Below are positions 12,533 through 26,479 of a DNA stretch of 64,000 bases, piece by piece. Below the pieces are notes generated by a model, which ran no database searches, had not been told where the DNA came from, and saw only the letters and a program-made list of their open reading frames with translations. Position 1 is the first letter of the stretch, and every line of letters starts with the position of its first letter. Source of the stretch: the human T2T-CHM13v2.0 reference genome, Homo sapiens; NCBI RefSeq assembly GCF_009914755.1, contig NC_060930.1; one strand, 5' to 3'. The position numbers and the translations under genes were made by a program.

Positions 12533-15500
12533 AACTATACATATATATAATTCGTATATATATACTCCTATATATATATTCCTATATATATTCCTATATA
12601 TATACTCCTATATGTATATTCCTATATATATACTCCTATATATATATTCCTATATATATATTCCTATATATATTCCTATATATGTTCCTATATATATTCC
12701 TATATATATTCCTATATATATTCCTCTATATATATTCCTATATATTCCTCTCTATATATATTCCTATATATATATTCCTATATATATTCCTATATATATA
12801 TTCCTATATATATATTCCTATATATATATTCCTATATATATATTCCTATATATATATTCCTATATATATTCCTATATATATTCCTATACATATATTCCTA
12901 TATATATTCCTATATATATTCCTATATATATTCCTATATATTTATTCCTATATATATATTCCTATACATATTCCTATATATATTCCTATATATTTATTCC
13001 TATATATTTATTCCTATATATTTATTCCTATATATATTCCTATATATTTATTCCTATATATATTCCTATATATATATTCCTATATATATTCCTATATATA
13101 TATTCCTATATATATTCCTATATATATTCCTATATATATATTCCTATATATATATTCCTATATACATTCCTATTTATATATTCCTATATATATATTCCTA
13201 TATATTCCTATATATATATTCCTATATATATTCCTATATATATATTCCTATATATATAATCCTATATATATTCCTATATATATATTCTTATATATATTCC
13301 TATATGTATATATTCCTATACATATATTCCTCTCTATATAAATTCCTATATATATATTCCTATATATATATTCCTCTCTATAAATATTCCTATATATATA
13401 TTCCTCTATATATTCCTCTATATATATTCCTGTATATATATATATTCCTATATATATTCCTATGTATATATATTCCTTTACATATATTCCTGTATATATT
13501 CCCATATATATATTCCCATATATATATTCCCATACATATATATTCCCATATATATATATACCCATACATATGTATTCCCATACATATATATTCCCATACA
13601 TATATTCCCATACATATATATTCCCATACATATATTCCCATACATATATATTCCCATACATATATATTCCCATATATATATATTCCCATACATATATATT
13701 CCCATATATATATATTCCCATACATATATTCCCATATATATATATTCCCATACATATATTCCCATATATATATATTCCCATACATATATTCCCATATATA
13801 TATATTCCCATACATATATTCCCATATATATATATTCCCATATATATATTCCCATATATATATATTCCCGTATATATATTCCCATATATATATATTCCCG
13901 TATATATATTCCCATATATATATATTCCCGTATATATATTCCCATATATATATATTCCCATATATATATTCCCATATATATATATTCCCATATATATATT
14001 CCCATATATATATTCCCATATATATATATTCCCATATATATATTCCCATATATATATATTCCCATATATATATTCCCATATATATATATTCCCATATATA
14101 TATTCCCATATATATATATTCCCATATATATATATTCCCATATATATATATTCCCATATATATATTCCCATATATATATTCCCATATATATATTCCCATA
14201 TATATATATTCCCATATATATATTCCCATATATATATATTCCCATATATATATTCCCATATATATATATTCCCATATATATATTCCCATATATATATATT
14301 CCCATATATATATTCCCATATATATATATATTCCCATATATATATATATTCCTATATATATTCCCATATATATATATATTCCCATATATATTCCCATATA
14401 TATATGCCTATATATATTCCCATATATATATGCCTATATATATATTCCCATATATATATGCCTATATATATATTCCCATATATATATGCCTATATATATA
14501 TTCCCATATATATATATTCCTATATATATATTCCCATATATATATATTCCTATATATATATTCCCATATATATATTCCTATATATATATTCCCATATATA
14601 TATTCCTATATATATATTCCCATATATATTCCTATATATATATTCCCATATATATATATATTCCTATATATATATTCCCATGTATATATATTCCTATATA
14701 TATATTCCCATGTATATATATTCCTATATATATATTCCCATGTATATATATTCCTATATATATATTCCCATGTATATATATTCCTATATATATATATTCC
14801 CATATATATTCCTATATATATATTCCCATATATATATTCCTATATATATATTCCCATATATATATTTCCTATATATATATTCCTATATATATTCCTATAT
14901 ATATTCCTATATATATTCCTATATATATTCCTATATATATATTCCTATATGTATATTCCTGTATATATGTATTCCTATATATATTTCTATATATATATAT
15001 TCCCATATATATATCCCTATATATATTCCCATATATATATCCCTATATATATTCCTATATATATTCCTATATATATATTCCTATATATATATTCCTATAT
15101 ATATTCCTATATATATATTCCTATATATATTCCTATATATATATTCCTATATATATTCCTATATATATTCCTATATGTATATTTCTATATATATGTATTC
15201 CTATATATATATTCCTATATATATTCCTCTATATATTCCTCTATATATATTCCTATATATTCCTCTCTATATATATTCCTATATATATATTCCTATATAT
15301 ATTCCCATACATTTATTCCTATATATATTCCTATATATATTCCTATATATTTATTCCTATATATATTCCTATATATAGTCCTATATATATATTCCTATAT
15401 ATAGTCCTATATGTATATATATATTCCTATATATATTCCTCTCTATATATATTCCTATATATATTCCTATATATATATTCCTGTCTATATATATTCATAT

Positions 15501-16190
15501 ATATATATTCCTCTATATATATATTCCTATATATATTCCTCTTTATATATTCCTTTATATGTATTCCTCTCTATATATATTCCTATATATATATTCCTCT
15601 ATATATTCCTCTATATATATTCCTATATATATTCCTATGTATATATATTCCTTTATATATATTCCTGTATATATTCCCATATATATATTCCCATATATAT
15701 ATTCCCATATATATATTTTCCCATATATATATATTCCCATATATATATTTTCCCATATATATATATTCCCATATATATATATTCCCATATATATATATTC
15801 CCATATATATATATTCCCATATATATATTCCCATACATATATATTCCCATATATATATTCCCATATATATGTTCCCATATGTATATATTCCCATATATAT
15901 ATTCACATATATATATTCCCATATATATATTCCTATACATATATTCACATATATATTCCTATATATATTTCTATATATAATATTCCTATATATATTTCTA
16001 TATATATTCCTATATATTTTCCTATATATATTCCTATATATATTCCTATATATATTCCTATATATATTCCTATATATATATTCCTATATATATTCCTATA
16101 TATATATATTCCTATATCTATATTCCCATATGTATATATATATTCCTATATATACATATAGATATATTCCTATGTATATATATATATTCC
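12533..16190. repeat. ~3.65-kb AT-rich tandem array of (TA)n-TTCC / TTCCC-(AT)n units
   Basis: Directly visible ~10-18-bp variable units with 30-bp higher-order blocks. Confidence 0.98.
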
Positions 16191-17309
16191 TTAGGAAGTT
16201 CTATGTAGACAATCACGTCACCTGAAATTGGGGAAAGTTTTGTTTCTTCTATTCCATTCTAGATGTTTTTTGTTTTCTTTTCTTTCCTTTTTTTATTTAA
16301 TTCAGTGACTACAACATTCAGTTCTATGTTGAATAAGAATGGTGAGAATTGTCATTCGTCACCTTGTTCCTGATGTCGGTGAGAAAGGAGTCAGTCTTCA
16401 CTATTAATTATAAAACCAGCTGTTCGTGTTTCGTGGATGCTCTCTGTGAAGTCATGGAAATTATTTTCTACTCCTAGTTTGCCAAAAGTTTTTTTCATCA
16501 TAAATGTGTATTAAATTTCATTAAATGCTTTTTCTGTACCAATTAATATAATCAGGTTTTTTTCTAATTTAGCCTGTTGATATGATACAGTATAGTGTTG
16601 TTTCAAATGGTAAACCAACTCTTCATGGGTCAATAAAAAATCTGTTGTAGAATAGTGTTAAATTCTTGGTTATCACACAGAATTATTGTTAAAATTTACT
16701 GAATTTAACTGCCTAATATTTTAAGAATTTCGGGGTCTAGGTTTATGAGAGATATTGTTCTGCAGTTTTCTTTTCTATTTCTTTCTTTGCTTTGTTTCTT
16801 CTTCTTTCTTTCCTTCCTTCCCTTCTTCCTTTTATTTTCTTTGTACTGTCTTTAGTTTTGATATCAGGATAATACTCATCTCATGAAATGAGTTGGAAAG
16901 TATTCTCTTCTGTTTTCTGCAGAAGGTTACATAAAATTGGTGTCAATTCTTCTTTAAATGTTTAGTAAAATTTAACAGTGAAGCCATGTGGACTCAAATA
17001 TTTCTTTCTAGGAAAGGTGTTAATTAGAAATTCAAAATGTTTAATGATTATAATACTGTATCAATTTATTTTGATTGAATTTTGGTACTTTGCAGTTTTT
17101 GAAGAATCAGTTCATTATTCTAAGTTGTCAAGTTGTACCTCAAAATTGTTTATAGAATTTCCTTATTATCTCTTCAGTAAGTTCAGGATCCTTAGTGATA
17201 CATTTCTGCTATTACTCATTGCATTTTTCTCTTTTTACCTTTATCATTCTTGCTAATGGTTTATCTATTTTATTGATATTTTCAAATAATTAGCTTTTTG
17301 TTTCATTGA

Positions 17310-17681
<372 letters not shown>

Positions 17682-18401
17682 AATTTTGCTATTATTTTCT
17701 AACTATTTCTTCTTTCTCCCTGTTTTTGGCTTAATTTACTCTTCTTTGTTGTAATACTAAAAATAGGAATTTAAGTTATTGATTTGAAATTGTTTCTTTT
17801 TCTGATGTAAACGATTGTATAATTTTTTTTCTCAGAAGTGCTTTAGGTGTATCTCACCTATATGGATGCATTGTATTATAATTCTCATTTAATTTCATGA
17901 ATTTTTTGTTTCCTTTGAAACTTCCTATTTGGCTCACAGATTATTTAGAAATGTTTTGCTCAGTTTCCAAATGTTTTAAGATTTTTTTTTCCTGTAACCA
18001 GTTTCTAGTTTGATTACATTATGGTTGGAGAAGATACTCCACATAGTTTTTAATTTCTCTAAATTGTTTAGACTGTTTTATGATCCAATATATAATCTAT
18101 ATTGGTGAGTGTTTTCACCATATGAAATGAAGTATGGGAACTTGAAGGAAATGTACATGCTGCTCTTGTAGATTAAAGAGTTCTGTATGTGTCAGTTAGT
18201 TCCTATCAGTTGATGGTGTTGTTCAGCTCTTCTTTGTCTTTGCTAGTTTTCTGTCTATTGATTGTATTACTGAGAGTGGGGTGTTGAAGTTTCCAACTAC
18301 AATTGTAGATTTGTCTATTCCTCCTTCTAACTCTTTTATTCTTTCCTGTGTTTAGAAGATCTATTGTGTGGTATATACCCATTAATGATCACTATGACCT
18401 C

Positions 18402-18783
18402 TGTATTAGTTTGCTAGGGCTGCTATAACAAAAAGACACAAGCAATGAGGCTTAAACAACAGAAATTTATTTTATCACAGTTCTGGAGGCTAGAAGTCTA
18501 AGATTAAGGTATTGGCAAGTTTGTTTCTTCTAAGGGCTCTCTTCTTGGCTTGCAGATAGAGCTTCCTTCTTGTGATGTACTCACATAGCCTATTCTCTGT
18601 GAATGCACATCCCTGATGTCTCTTCTTCTTTTAAGGATGCCAATCATATTGAATTAGTGTCACTATTCTGACATCATTTAACCTTAATTCCCTATTTAAA
18701 GGCTCTATTTCCAAATACAGTCACACTGGCATTAGGGCTTCAAGATATATATTTTGATGAACATAATTCAGTCAATAGAAACA
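18402..18783 (-). mobile_element. MaLR LTR (MLT1A/B-like) inserted in L1
   Basis: tgtattagtttgctagggctgctataacaaa...cacagttctggaggctagaagtc...ttagggcttcaa. Confidence 0.8.
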
Positions 18784-19294
18784 TTTTAATGGATTATTTT
18801 ATCATTATAACATATCATTTTATAACTGATAATTTTCTTTGCTTTGAAACCTGTTTTATCTGATATTAATATAGTCACTCAATTTATTTTTTTAATGTTA
18901 ACATGGTTTATCTTTTTCCTTTAAGTTTCATCCTGCATATGACATTGTGTTTGAAGCGAATTTCTTGAATACAGCATATAAAACATGGATTTTTTTAAAA
19001 TCCACTCTGTCAATCTCTGTTTTTTAATCAGTGTATTTCCATAATTTACATTTAAGTAATTTTTTGTTGTGGTACTGCATAAATATGTGATTTCGTTTAT
19101 TTCTATTTTCTCTATTTCTCATTCTTTATTTTTCTTTTCTTCCCTTCATTTGGATTACACGAATATTTTATAGAATTCTATATTTTTAATTGTTTTCGAA
19201 TATATCACTTTGTATAGTTATCTTAATGATTGTTCTAAGCTGTACAATATACATATATATAACTTAACACAACCAACAGTTACTGACATTTTAC

Positions 19295-19428
19295 TTTTTT
19301 TTTTTTTTTTTTTGAGACAAGGCTCTGTCTCTGTTGCCCAGGATGGGTTTGAACTCCTGAGTTCATGTAATTATCTCACCTCAGCCTCATGAGTAGTTGG
19401 GATTACAGGTGAACAATACCATGTCTAG
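19295..19428 (-). mobile_element. Alu monomer (FLAM_A-like)
   Basis: ~115-bp monomer with T tail; TSD TGA(C/T)ATTTTAC at 19284-19294 and 19429-19439. Confidence 0.8.
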
Positions 19429-20303
19429 TGATATTTTACCACTTTAAGTAACTACTGAATCTGTAGTTCTATTAATATCTCTGTCCCTCCCCATTATAAA
19501 AATTTGTCTCAATTATTTCTCTGCGTACACTGGCCATCACATGATTTTTGCTTCTGCCATCTAATATGATTTTTAAAACTCATGAGGAGAAAAAATATAT
19601 TTTCCCTAATATACCTATTTTTAAATGAAATCGCAGACTTTCTGTCATCTTTTTCATTCTAATTGGATAGATTTTTTAGCCATTCCTTAAGGGTAAATTG
19701 CTAGGATAAAATTAAATGTTTCTTTGCCTGAGAATATCTTAATTTCCCCATCAACCCTGAAGGACAGTTTTGCAAGATACTGAATTTGTGGTTGACAGTT
19801 CTTCTTCCTTTCAGCACTTAAAAATATTGTGCCCCTTTCTTCAGACCTTCATGGTCAAATTGGAATTTCACTCTTATTTGAATAAGTTTTGTTTTTTTTT
19901 TTTGCTATAGATAATGCATCATTTCTCTCTGGTTGCCTTTAAGATGTCTTTCTTTGTCTTTCATTTTTAGAAGTTCACTTATCATGTGTCACGGAGAGGA
20001 TTGCTTTGAATTTACCTTGTATGGGATTCACTTAGCTTCTTGAATCTGTAAATTCACATATTTTTTGCCAAATTTGGGGAGTTTTCAGCAATTATTTTTG
20101 AATATTTTATACCTATATTCTTTCTTCTTTTTGCCTGAGGCTCCAATAATAGAAATGTTTGATATTATGTTCTGTTCCACATGTCCCTGAAACTGTGTTC
20201 AGTTTTTTTTCAGTCTAGTCTGTGATTGAGATTGAGTAAATTCTGTTGATCCCCTTAAGTTTACTGCTTCTATCTTCTGTCATCTCCACTCTACTACTGA
20301 GCC

Positions 20304-20469
20304 CATTAAACAAATGGAAGGTATAAGATAGAGTCAAATGGAAATTATGGAACCAAGAAATGCAATAACCAAATAAAAATTCACTTGATGGGTTTTTATT
20401 TTGGTTATTACATTTCTTGATTCCATAATTCCCATTTGATTCTATCTTATAACTTCTATTTATTTAATG
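20304..20469. repeat. Inverted repeat: 76/77-bp arms, 13-nt loop
   Basis: 20304-20379 is the reverse complement of 20393-20469 with 7 substitutions and 1 indel. Confidence 0.92.
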
Positions 20470-23400
20470 ACATTTTCATTTTTTTCATTGATTTCAAGAA
20501 ATGTGTAATTAATTATTGAAGTATTTTTGTGATAACTACTTTGAAATCTTTGATATACAATTCTAATATATTTGTGTCTATGTCGGCAACAATTGGTTGG
20601 CTTCTTTTTGTCATTCAAGTTTTGATTTTTTCTAGTTCTTGGTATGATGAGTGATTTTTGACTGCATACTGGGCATTTTAGATTGTATGTTAGGAGACTC
20701 TTAATCCTATTTAAATCTTCAATTTTAACAGGCAGTTGTCTTACTTAGGTTTAGTGTACAGGTACTGGTCTAGTTTTGTGGGGTGTAATTCCAATAACAA
20801 TTTAGTTTTCTGAGCCCTCACAATGCTATTCTGAACTGCTTTGTTCTGATTCAGCTTAATGTCTCGCTATTCCCTGCTGGTACTGATGGCACAGGTGGAA
20901 GTTGCTTCCCTAAGCACCCAGATCTCTTACGTAGGAGATGCTGAATGTGCAGGATGGAGAATATTGCATGCAGAGCACTGGACTTCCTATTATGTCGCTG
21001 GCGTGGCACCAAAGGGAGCGAGGTGCCTACCTGAACTATCTTTAACCCACTGGATAGAGGACAAATTGATGCCTGACTTAGAACTACTTCTTCCATTATA
21101 GTGGAGGGCTAAGAGTATTGCTTTTTATTGTTGGGCAGAAGATGAAAAAACACCAGACCTGTTGGCACTTCCAGTGCAATTGGAAAAGCCCATCTGCTGC
21201 TAACAAATGTGGGACATGGTTTGGGTGGGAATGACAGGCACATTGGACTGCCTCGGCTGGAGGACCCAGGGAAGAATGTGAGCTGGCCCACCCAGATTCT
21301 GCTGCTGGTAGTATCACTGCCACTGAGCAGTCAGCTCCATTGTCGCAGGTGTGAAGCCAGGGACAGAGAGCAGATGTGGCTAATACAGCTACTAGACGTT
21401 GAATTTCCCATCAGATCTCTATCAGTTTACTCCTTTTTCTGTTTTATTGGCCAGAGAGACCAGAATGTACCTGCGTTTTCTTTGACTGCACTTTTGTTTT
21501 GTTTTGTTTTTCATAATAGGCATTTTCAGGTAGGAGTTTCATCTCTGTTTAATTGCAGGTATATTAATTAATGTAGATATTGTATTATCTAAATGTTTTT
21601 GCATTGAGTCATAAAATTAATATGTATTTTAAACATATCTATAAAAAATTAACATGTAGCAGAACTACATTCTGATATAGGAAACTGGCTTGAAATATGT
21701 TTTTCAGTTATTTTTAAATGTTTATTATTTAGCTTCAGAATATATTGGATATTTATAACTGGGTCGCCTTAGATTGCTTGTTTCTTGACATTCTCTATAA
21801 TTTGTGGTATTTACTACAGAAAACATTGCATTTTTCAGTGCATTTTTATTTTCACTTTATTATCCCTGCTGTGGAAACTAATTTATCCTTGAGGATATGA
21901 TCTGTCAAATTCTAGGTTCAATTTAAGATAAAATACTTATTTCTTTATTAATTTTGGTTTTAATAAGTTTCCTTAATTAAATTTTATAATGTATCTTCTT
22001 TTATTTCAATATTTCAGCAAAATGGTTCATATATTATAATAATTTTTGGCAAATTTATTTTTATTTTAGTTATACTAAAAACTAAAAGTTTTACATTGTG
22101 TAAGAAATCTTGGGTAAAATTTTATGTAGATCTATATACATGGAATTGCATGCACACACAGATACACATATACATGTACTGAGATTTAGTTACTTAAACA
22201 GTGGGAATTGATATAAGTAATATTTTTATACATTCAGATATTGTCTTACACTTAAAAATAGTCTTTATTATCGATATAGGAAACAGCTCCCACTATTACA
22301 AAATTACCAACTTGATAACTGGGTTAGTATCATATTTATCATAATAGTTCATGCAAGTGCTAGATTGTTATAAAAAGCAGGCGCCAAAGTACAACAGCTT
22401 TACTAAAACAGGTGACTTCTCTGTCATGGTACAATCTACTATATTGTCATTCTAAGGCCGATGACATTGTTCTTGGCTTCATTGTTTATCCTAGATTAGT
22501 TTTACATCCATGTTCAGCTTGTAGGTAGAGGAAAAGACAGGCAGGAATTCCAGGACAATACATTTTATAAAGTTGACCAAATGGAAGTTTTGGACTTCTT
22601 TTTCTATCTTTTTGGTGATAATCATATGGCCATGTCTAGCCACAGGGGGCCTGGAAGATTTTGTATATCACTGGGCATTCATATACAAAGGAAAATGAGT
22701 GAACAGATATGAGAGGCAACCTGGAACTTTCCATAACTTCCCAATATTTTACGCTAGATTTCTCTTCAATTAGCAGAAACTTGACTTTTCTGTATTATAA
22801 ACATAAGGAGAAATGAGGAGTCTTTACATACAACTATCCTGCTATTAACCTGAACAAATGTTAAACTCCAGTTTGCCATACTTGATCTTATCTCTAAGGT
22901 CGAAGTTTATGGACTGTTTAAAAAAACACTTTTGTGAATGGTAAATAAATACAGATATAATTAAACATGTATTCTGTCTCTTGAATGTTTAAGAATCAGG
23001 AAAGCATAAATATTTTTATTAAGGATGTGGAGGCTATTTTTCACTTTTGGTGAGTTTTTCTAAATTTTTATTTTTGTTTAAATGAAAGTCTGGGTAATTC
23101 TAGTTTACAACTACATGACAAATCTTCCATCAGAAAACCAGTGAAAACACGGTAAGAGGCCCTGAACCTTGAGAGAGCCCCCAGGACTCCATAAACACGT
23201 GCAGAAGCATCTGGCTATCCTAACTGCCACCAACCAAATGCTAACTTTGCTACAATTGGAAACCAATTCGAAAATTCACATACAAATATGAAAGCCAAAT
23301 ATTCTGCTGAAACAAATGTTTTCAACTGAAACAAATGCTTGGGTTGTTTGCATGTGCCCAAACCAAATATTTTCTTGTAACAATAAATCTGTTTCCAAGT

Positions 23401-23619
23401 TATCTTACTCTGCATCATTTATTAACTAAGCAAGGCTTTATATTAAACAAAACTTGATACTATCCTATACTTTATTCTGCTTTATTTTGAAGAAAACATG
23501 AAATACCTACTGACCATGAAATGGTAGACTTTGTTCTGAAGGGTCAATATCTGAGGAAAAGAGCCTTCACATACAGTAATGCCCCCTGTGGGAATGCTTA
23601 GAATAACCTCTAATTGTCT

Positions 23620-23925
23620 GCTTCGTTCTTAATACTTATTCAGTTTTCACCTCAATCATAACTTCTTCAGGGAATTCTTCTCTGTTTAAGTTAAATACCA
23701 CAAACATTATATATTCATTATTGTAAGTCTTATTTAATATGTATATCTTCCACTGTGCTGTAAGCAAAATAAGAGTAGTGACTGTGTGTGACATATAAAA
23801 GGCAAGCAACAGTTATTGGGTAAATAAATGGAGATAATACTATGTGACTCCCAGGGTTGATTTGAGAATGCAGTGGGTTATTGCATGTAAAAATGCTTAG
23901 TGCCTGGCACATGGAAAGCAATTAA
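23620..23925 (+). mobile_element. L2 3' fragment followed by MIR fragment
   Basis: Degenerate L2 end (...tattgggtaaataaatgga) then cagggttgatttgagaat...atgtaaaaatgcttagtgcctggcacat. Confidence 0.45.
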
Positions 23926-24129
23926 TTTTTTCTGCCAATGAAATGTAAGCTCAATTGAGTCAACATTTTTTTTCCAACTAATATATTCATGAAACATAGA
24001 AGAATTTCTGATATATAAAACATTCTCAATACATAATGAATAAATGAAAATGAATGGAACCCCAAATGCAAGCTTATTTATAAAAAGACAGCTCAACTTT
24101 ATTATTGGGCCTGAAGGAATGAGTAAATA

Positions 24130-24134
<5 letters not shown>

Positions 24135-24170
<36 letters not shown>

Positions 24171-24395
24171 CTTTATATATATATATATCCTTTATATATA
24201 TATACCCTTTATATATATATATCCTTTATATATATATATATACCCTTTATATATATATATATATACCCTTTATATATATATACAGTGCGTGTGTGTGTCT
24301 GTGTGTGTGTGTATATATATATACATATATATGTATATATGTATATATATGTATAGATATATATGTGTATATATATACACACACACACATATATG
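24135..24395. repeat. Compound (TA)n/CCTTT, (TG)n and (CA)n microsatellite
   Basis: Directly visible. Confidence 0.95.
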
Positions 24396-26479
24396 TCTTT
24401 TAATTGTCTGACTGGTATAATGACTCCAGAGAGAGTGTGAAAGCAAAGCTGGGTACAGCTTGAGACTGGGCAAAAAATATTTCCGATTGGAAGCACTCTG
24501 AGTATTTCTAAAGCTTTTAGAGCCATGTGATAAGAGTCAGTCTTGAATCTATTCTACTATTTCCATACAGTTTAATTAAAATTGACTTATTTTGTATAAT
24601 AATATCTGGAATACAGATTTTAAAATTATGGGCAAAGATTAAAATAATGTGACCAGAATCAATTATGAAAATCTCCAAGGCTGAAAAAGATTACTAGAAC
24701 ATACCAATTATTAGTTGATATGACTCATTAGTAGACATAAAAATGCTTGAAAACAACTTTTGGTATGAATGAGAACATGATACTTATAAACATATTGAAT
24801 TATAACAGTGAAAATCACCAGCAGAAAAGACATTAAAAAATGGAAAGAAAAGATAAAGAAAAAAATGCAAAGAAAGCAAAGCAGGAGAGAGAGAGACAGA
24901 CAGAGAAACAGACACAGAGAGAAAACAATATTATTGAAAACACTGCATAAAAGCTGTTTCTCTAACACATTATGAAAATGCATAGGACATTGTGCAGTAA
25001 GACCCAATGATAGCACTGATTCTGAGATCTGGCAAAACTTTGTCATGACCTATTACTGGATGAAATGTCAATGATGATCTATGTTTATATGAAAAGTTCA
25101 GTGCTACCTTTCTTTACCACAATAATGGATATTGGGGTCCTTGTCTGACAGCTTATTTCAGAACTGAGCCAGGAGGAGTGTATATACTTCCCTGATCACT
25201 GCTGAAGGAAAGCAAAGGCTCATGCTGAAAGCCACCATCTGCATGATACCAAACACCACAAAGTTGGCTATGCCTCCCTGCACAAATATGTTGATGCGTT
25301 TGTATGGCTTAAGTCATCGAGTTAGTTTCAAAAATGTTTGTAAAATTTGTTTGACTTTTAAAAATGTGAATTAAGACTCCAGTAAAAATTTGGAGCCAAT
25401 TTGAGTAGACAGCTCTCAATTCCACTTTTAAAATATCAAGGGATATAGATTTTTAAAAAAATTGTTTTTATCTAAAGATCTTTAAGTATTTTTATTTCTT
25501 TATATCTTATTTTCCATAATAAACATGCCTACATGCTTTAAGTGAACATTAGTTTTATTGTAAATATTACTTCTTGCTATCTGTCTTTAAGAATGTTGGA
25601 AAACTAAATGTTTATGTAATATGTTTATATAGAGCACTTTTTAACATATTTGTATAAGCAACATATAAATTTTATCTGCATTCTGATTATTTAGTATTAA
25701 AAGTGCTGTTACTTTGCCAATATCATCGATGCAGGAGAATTTCTCAAAAACTCAGATTTCAATTTTTCATTGATAAAAGATCAAGTCACACTATTTAAAA
25801 TATCATTTAATCAATTTTAAAAAGGTACTTGGAAATTCATTCATTCAAAACAGAATGGACAACAGCTGATACACATATATGTTTGATACAGTATAAAAGT
25901 AAAATATATAAAGTTATGGAAATAAAAATAAATGCTGGAAAATAATGTGAAATAAAAGATACGATTTCACATTACACAAAATAACTACTAAATTCTTATT
26001 TGGTGGCTTAAAGTTGGCCACAACATAGACTCTGTGAGGCCGTAAAGTCAGAAGAAATGAGGAAAAGAGTTAGACTAGGTTATATAGTTATCAGAAGTTG
26101 TTTCTAAGTCTACAATATTAATTCATGAGAAATTTATTCAACAGTTAATTATTCTTATCTGCTTTTTTTTAATAAGTGCTAAGAAAAATTTCTTTCATTG
26201 GTCCTAATGAGGGTTCGCTGAATGATGTAATAAATGCTGTCTTCAAGAACATCCTGACTATTAATACCATTAAGTATTACAGTGCAGCTTCCTCTTATGT
26301 TATCAGGAAAGTTCAATGTGACAGTTTCCATTCACATGTCAGTAAAGAAGCCTACAATGTATCCAAATCGTTGCCCAAGTACAAATGATCCAATCTGACA
26401 AATGTTTTGACAGCCTGAGTAAAATGTTTTCAGTAAAAAATAATGTATGACTCTTTGATAAGTCATTTTTTCTGTACTA

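Noticed and set aside
12533-16190. CRISPR-like or HSat2/3 (CATTC)n interpretation
   Set aside because: No unique spacers, primate context, and the unit is TA-based rather than CATTC pentamers
12516-16225. Very long ORFs (up to 973 aa) on both strands
   Set aside because: Y/I/P/S/F-dominated translations of a tandem repeat that happens to lack stop codons; open in several frames at once
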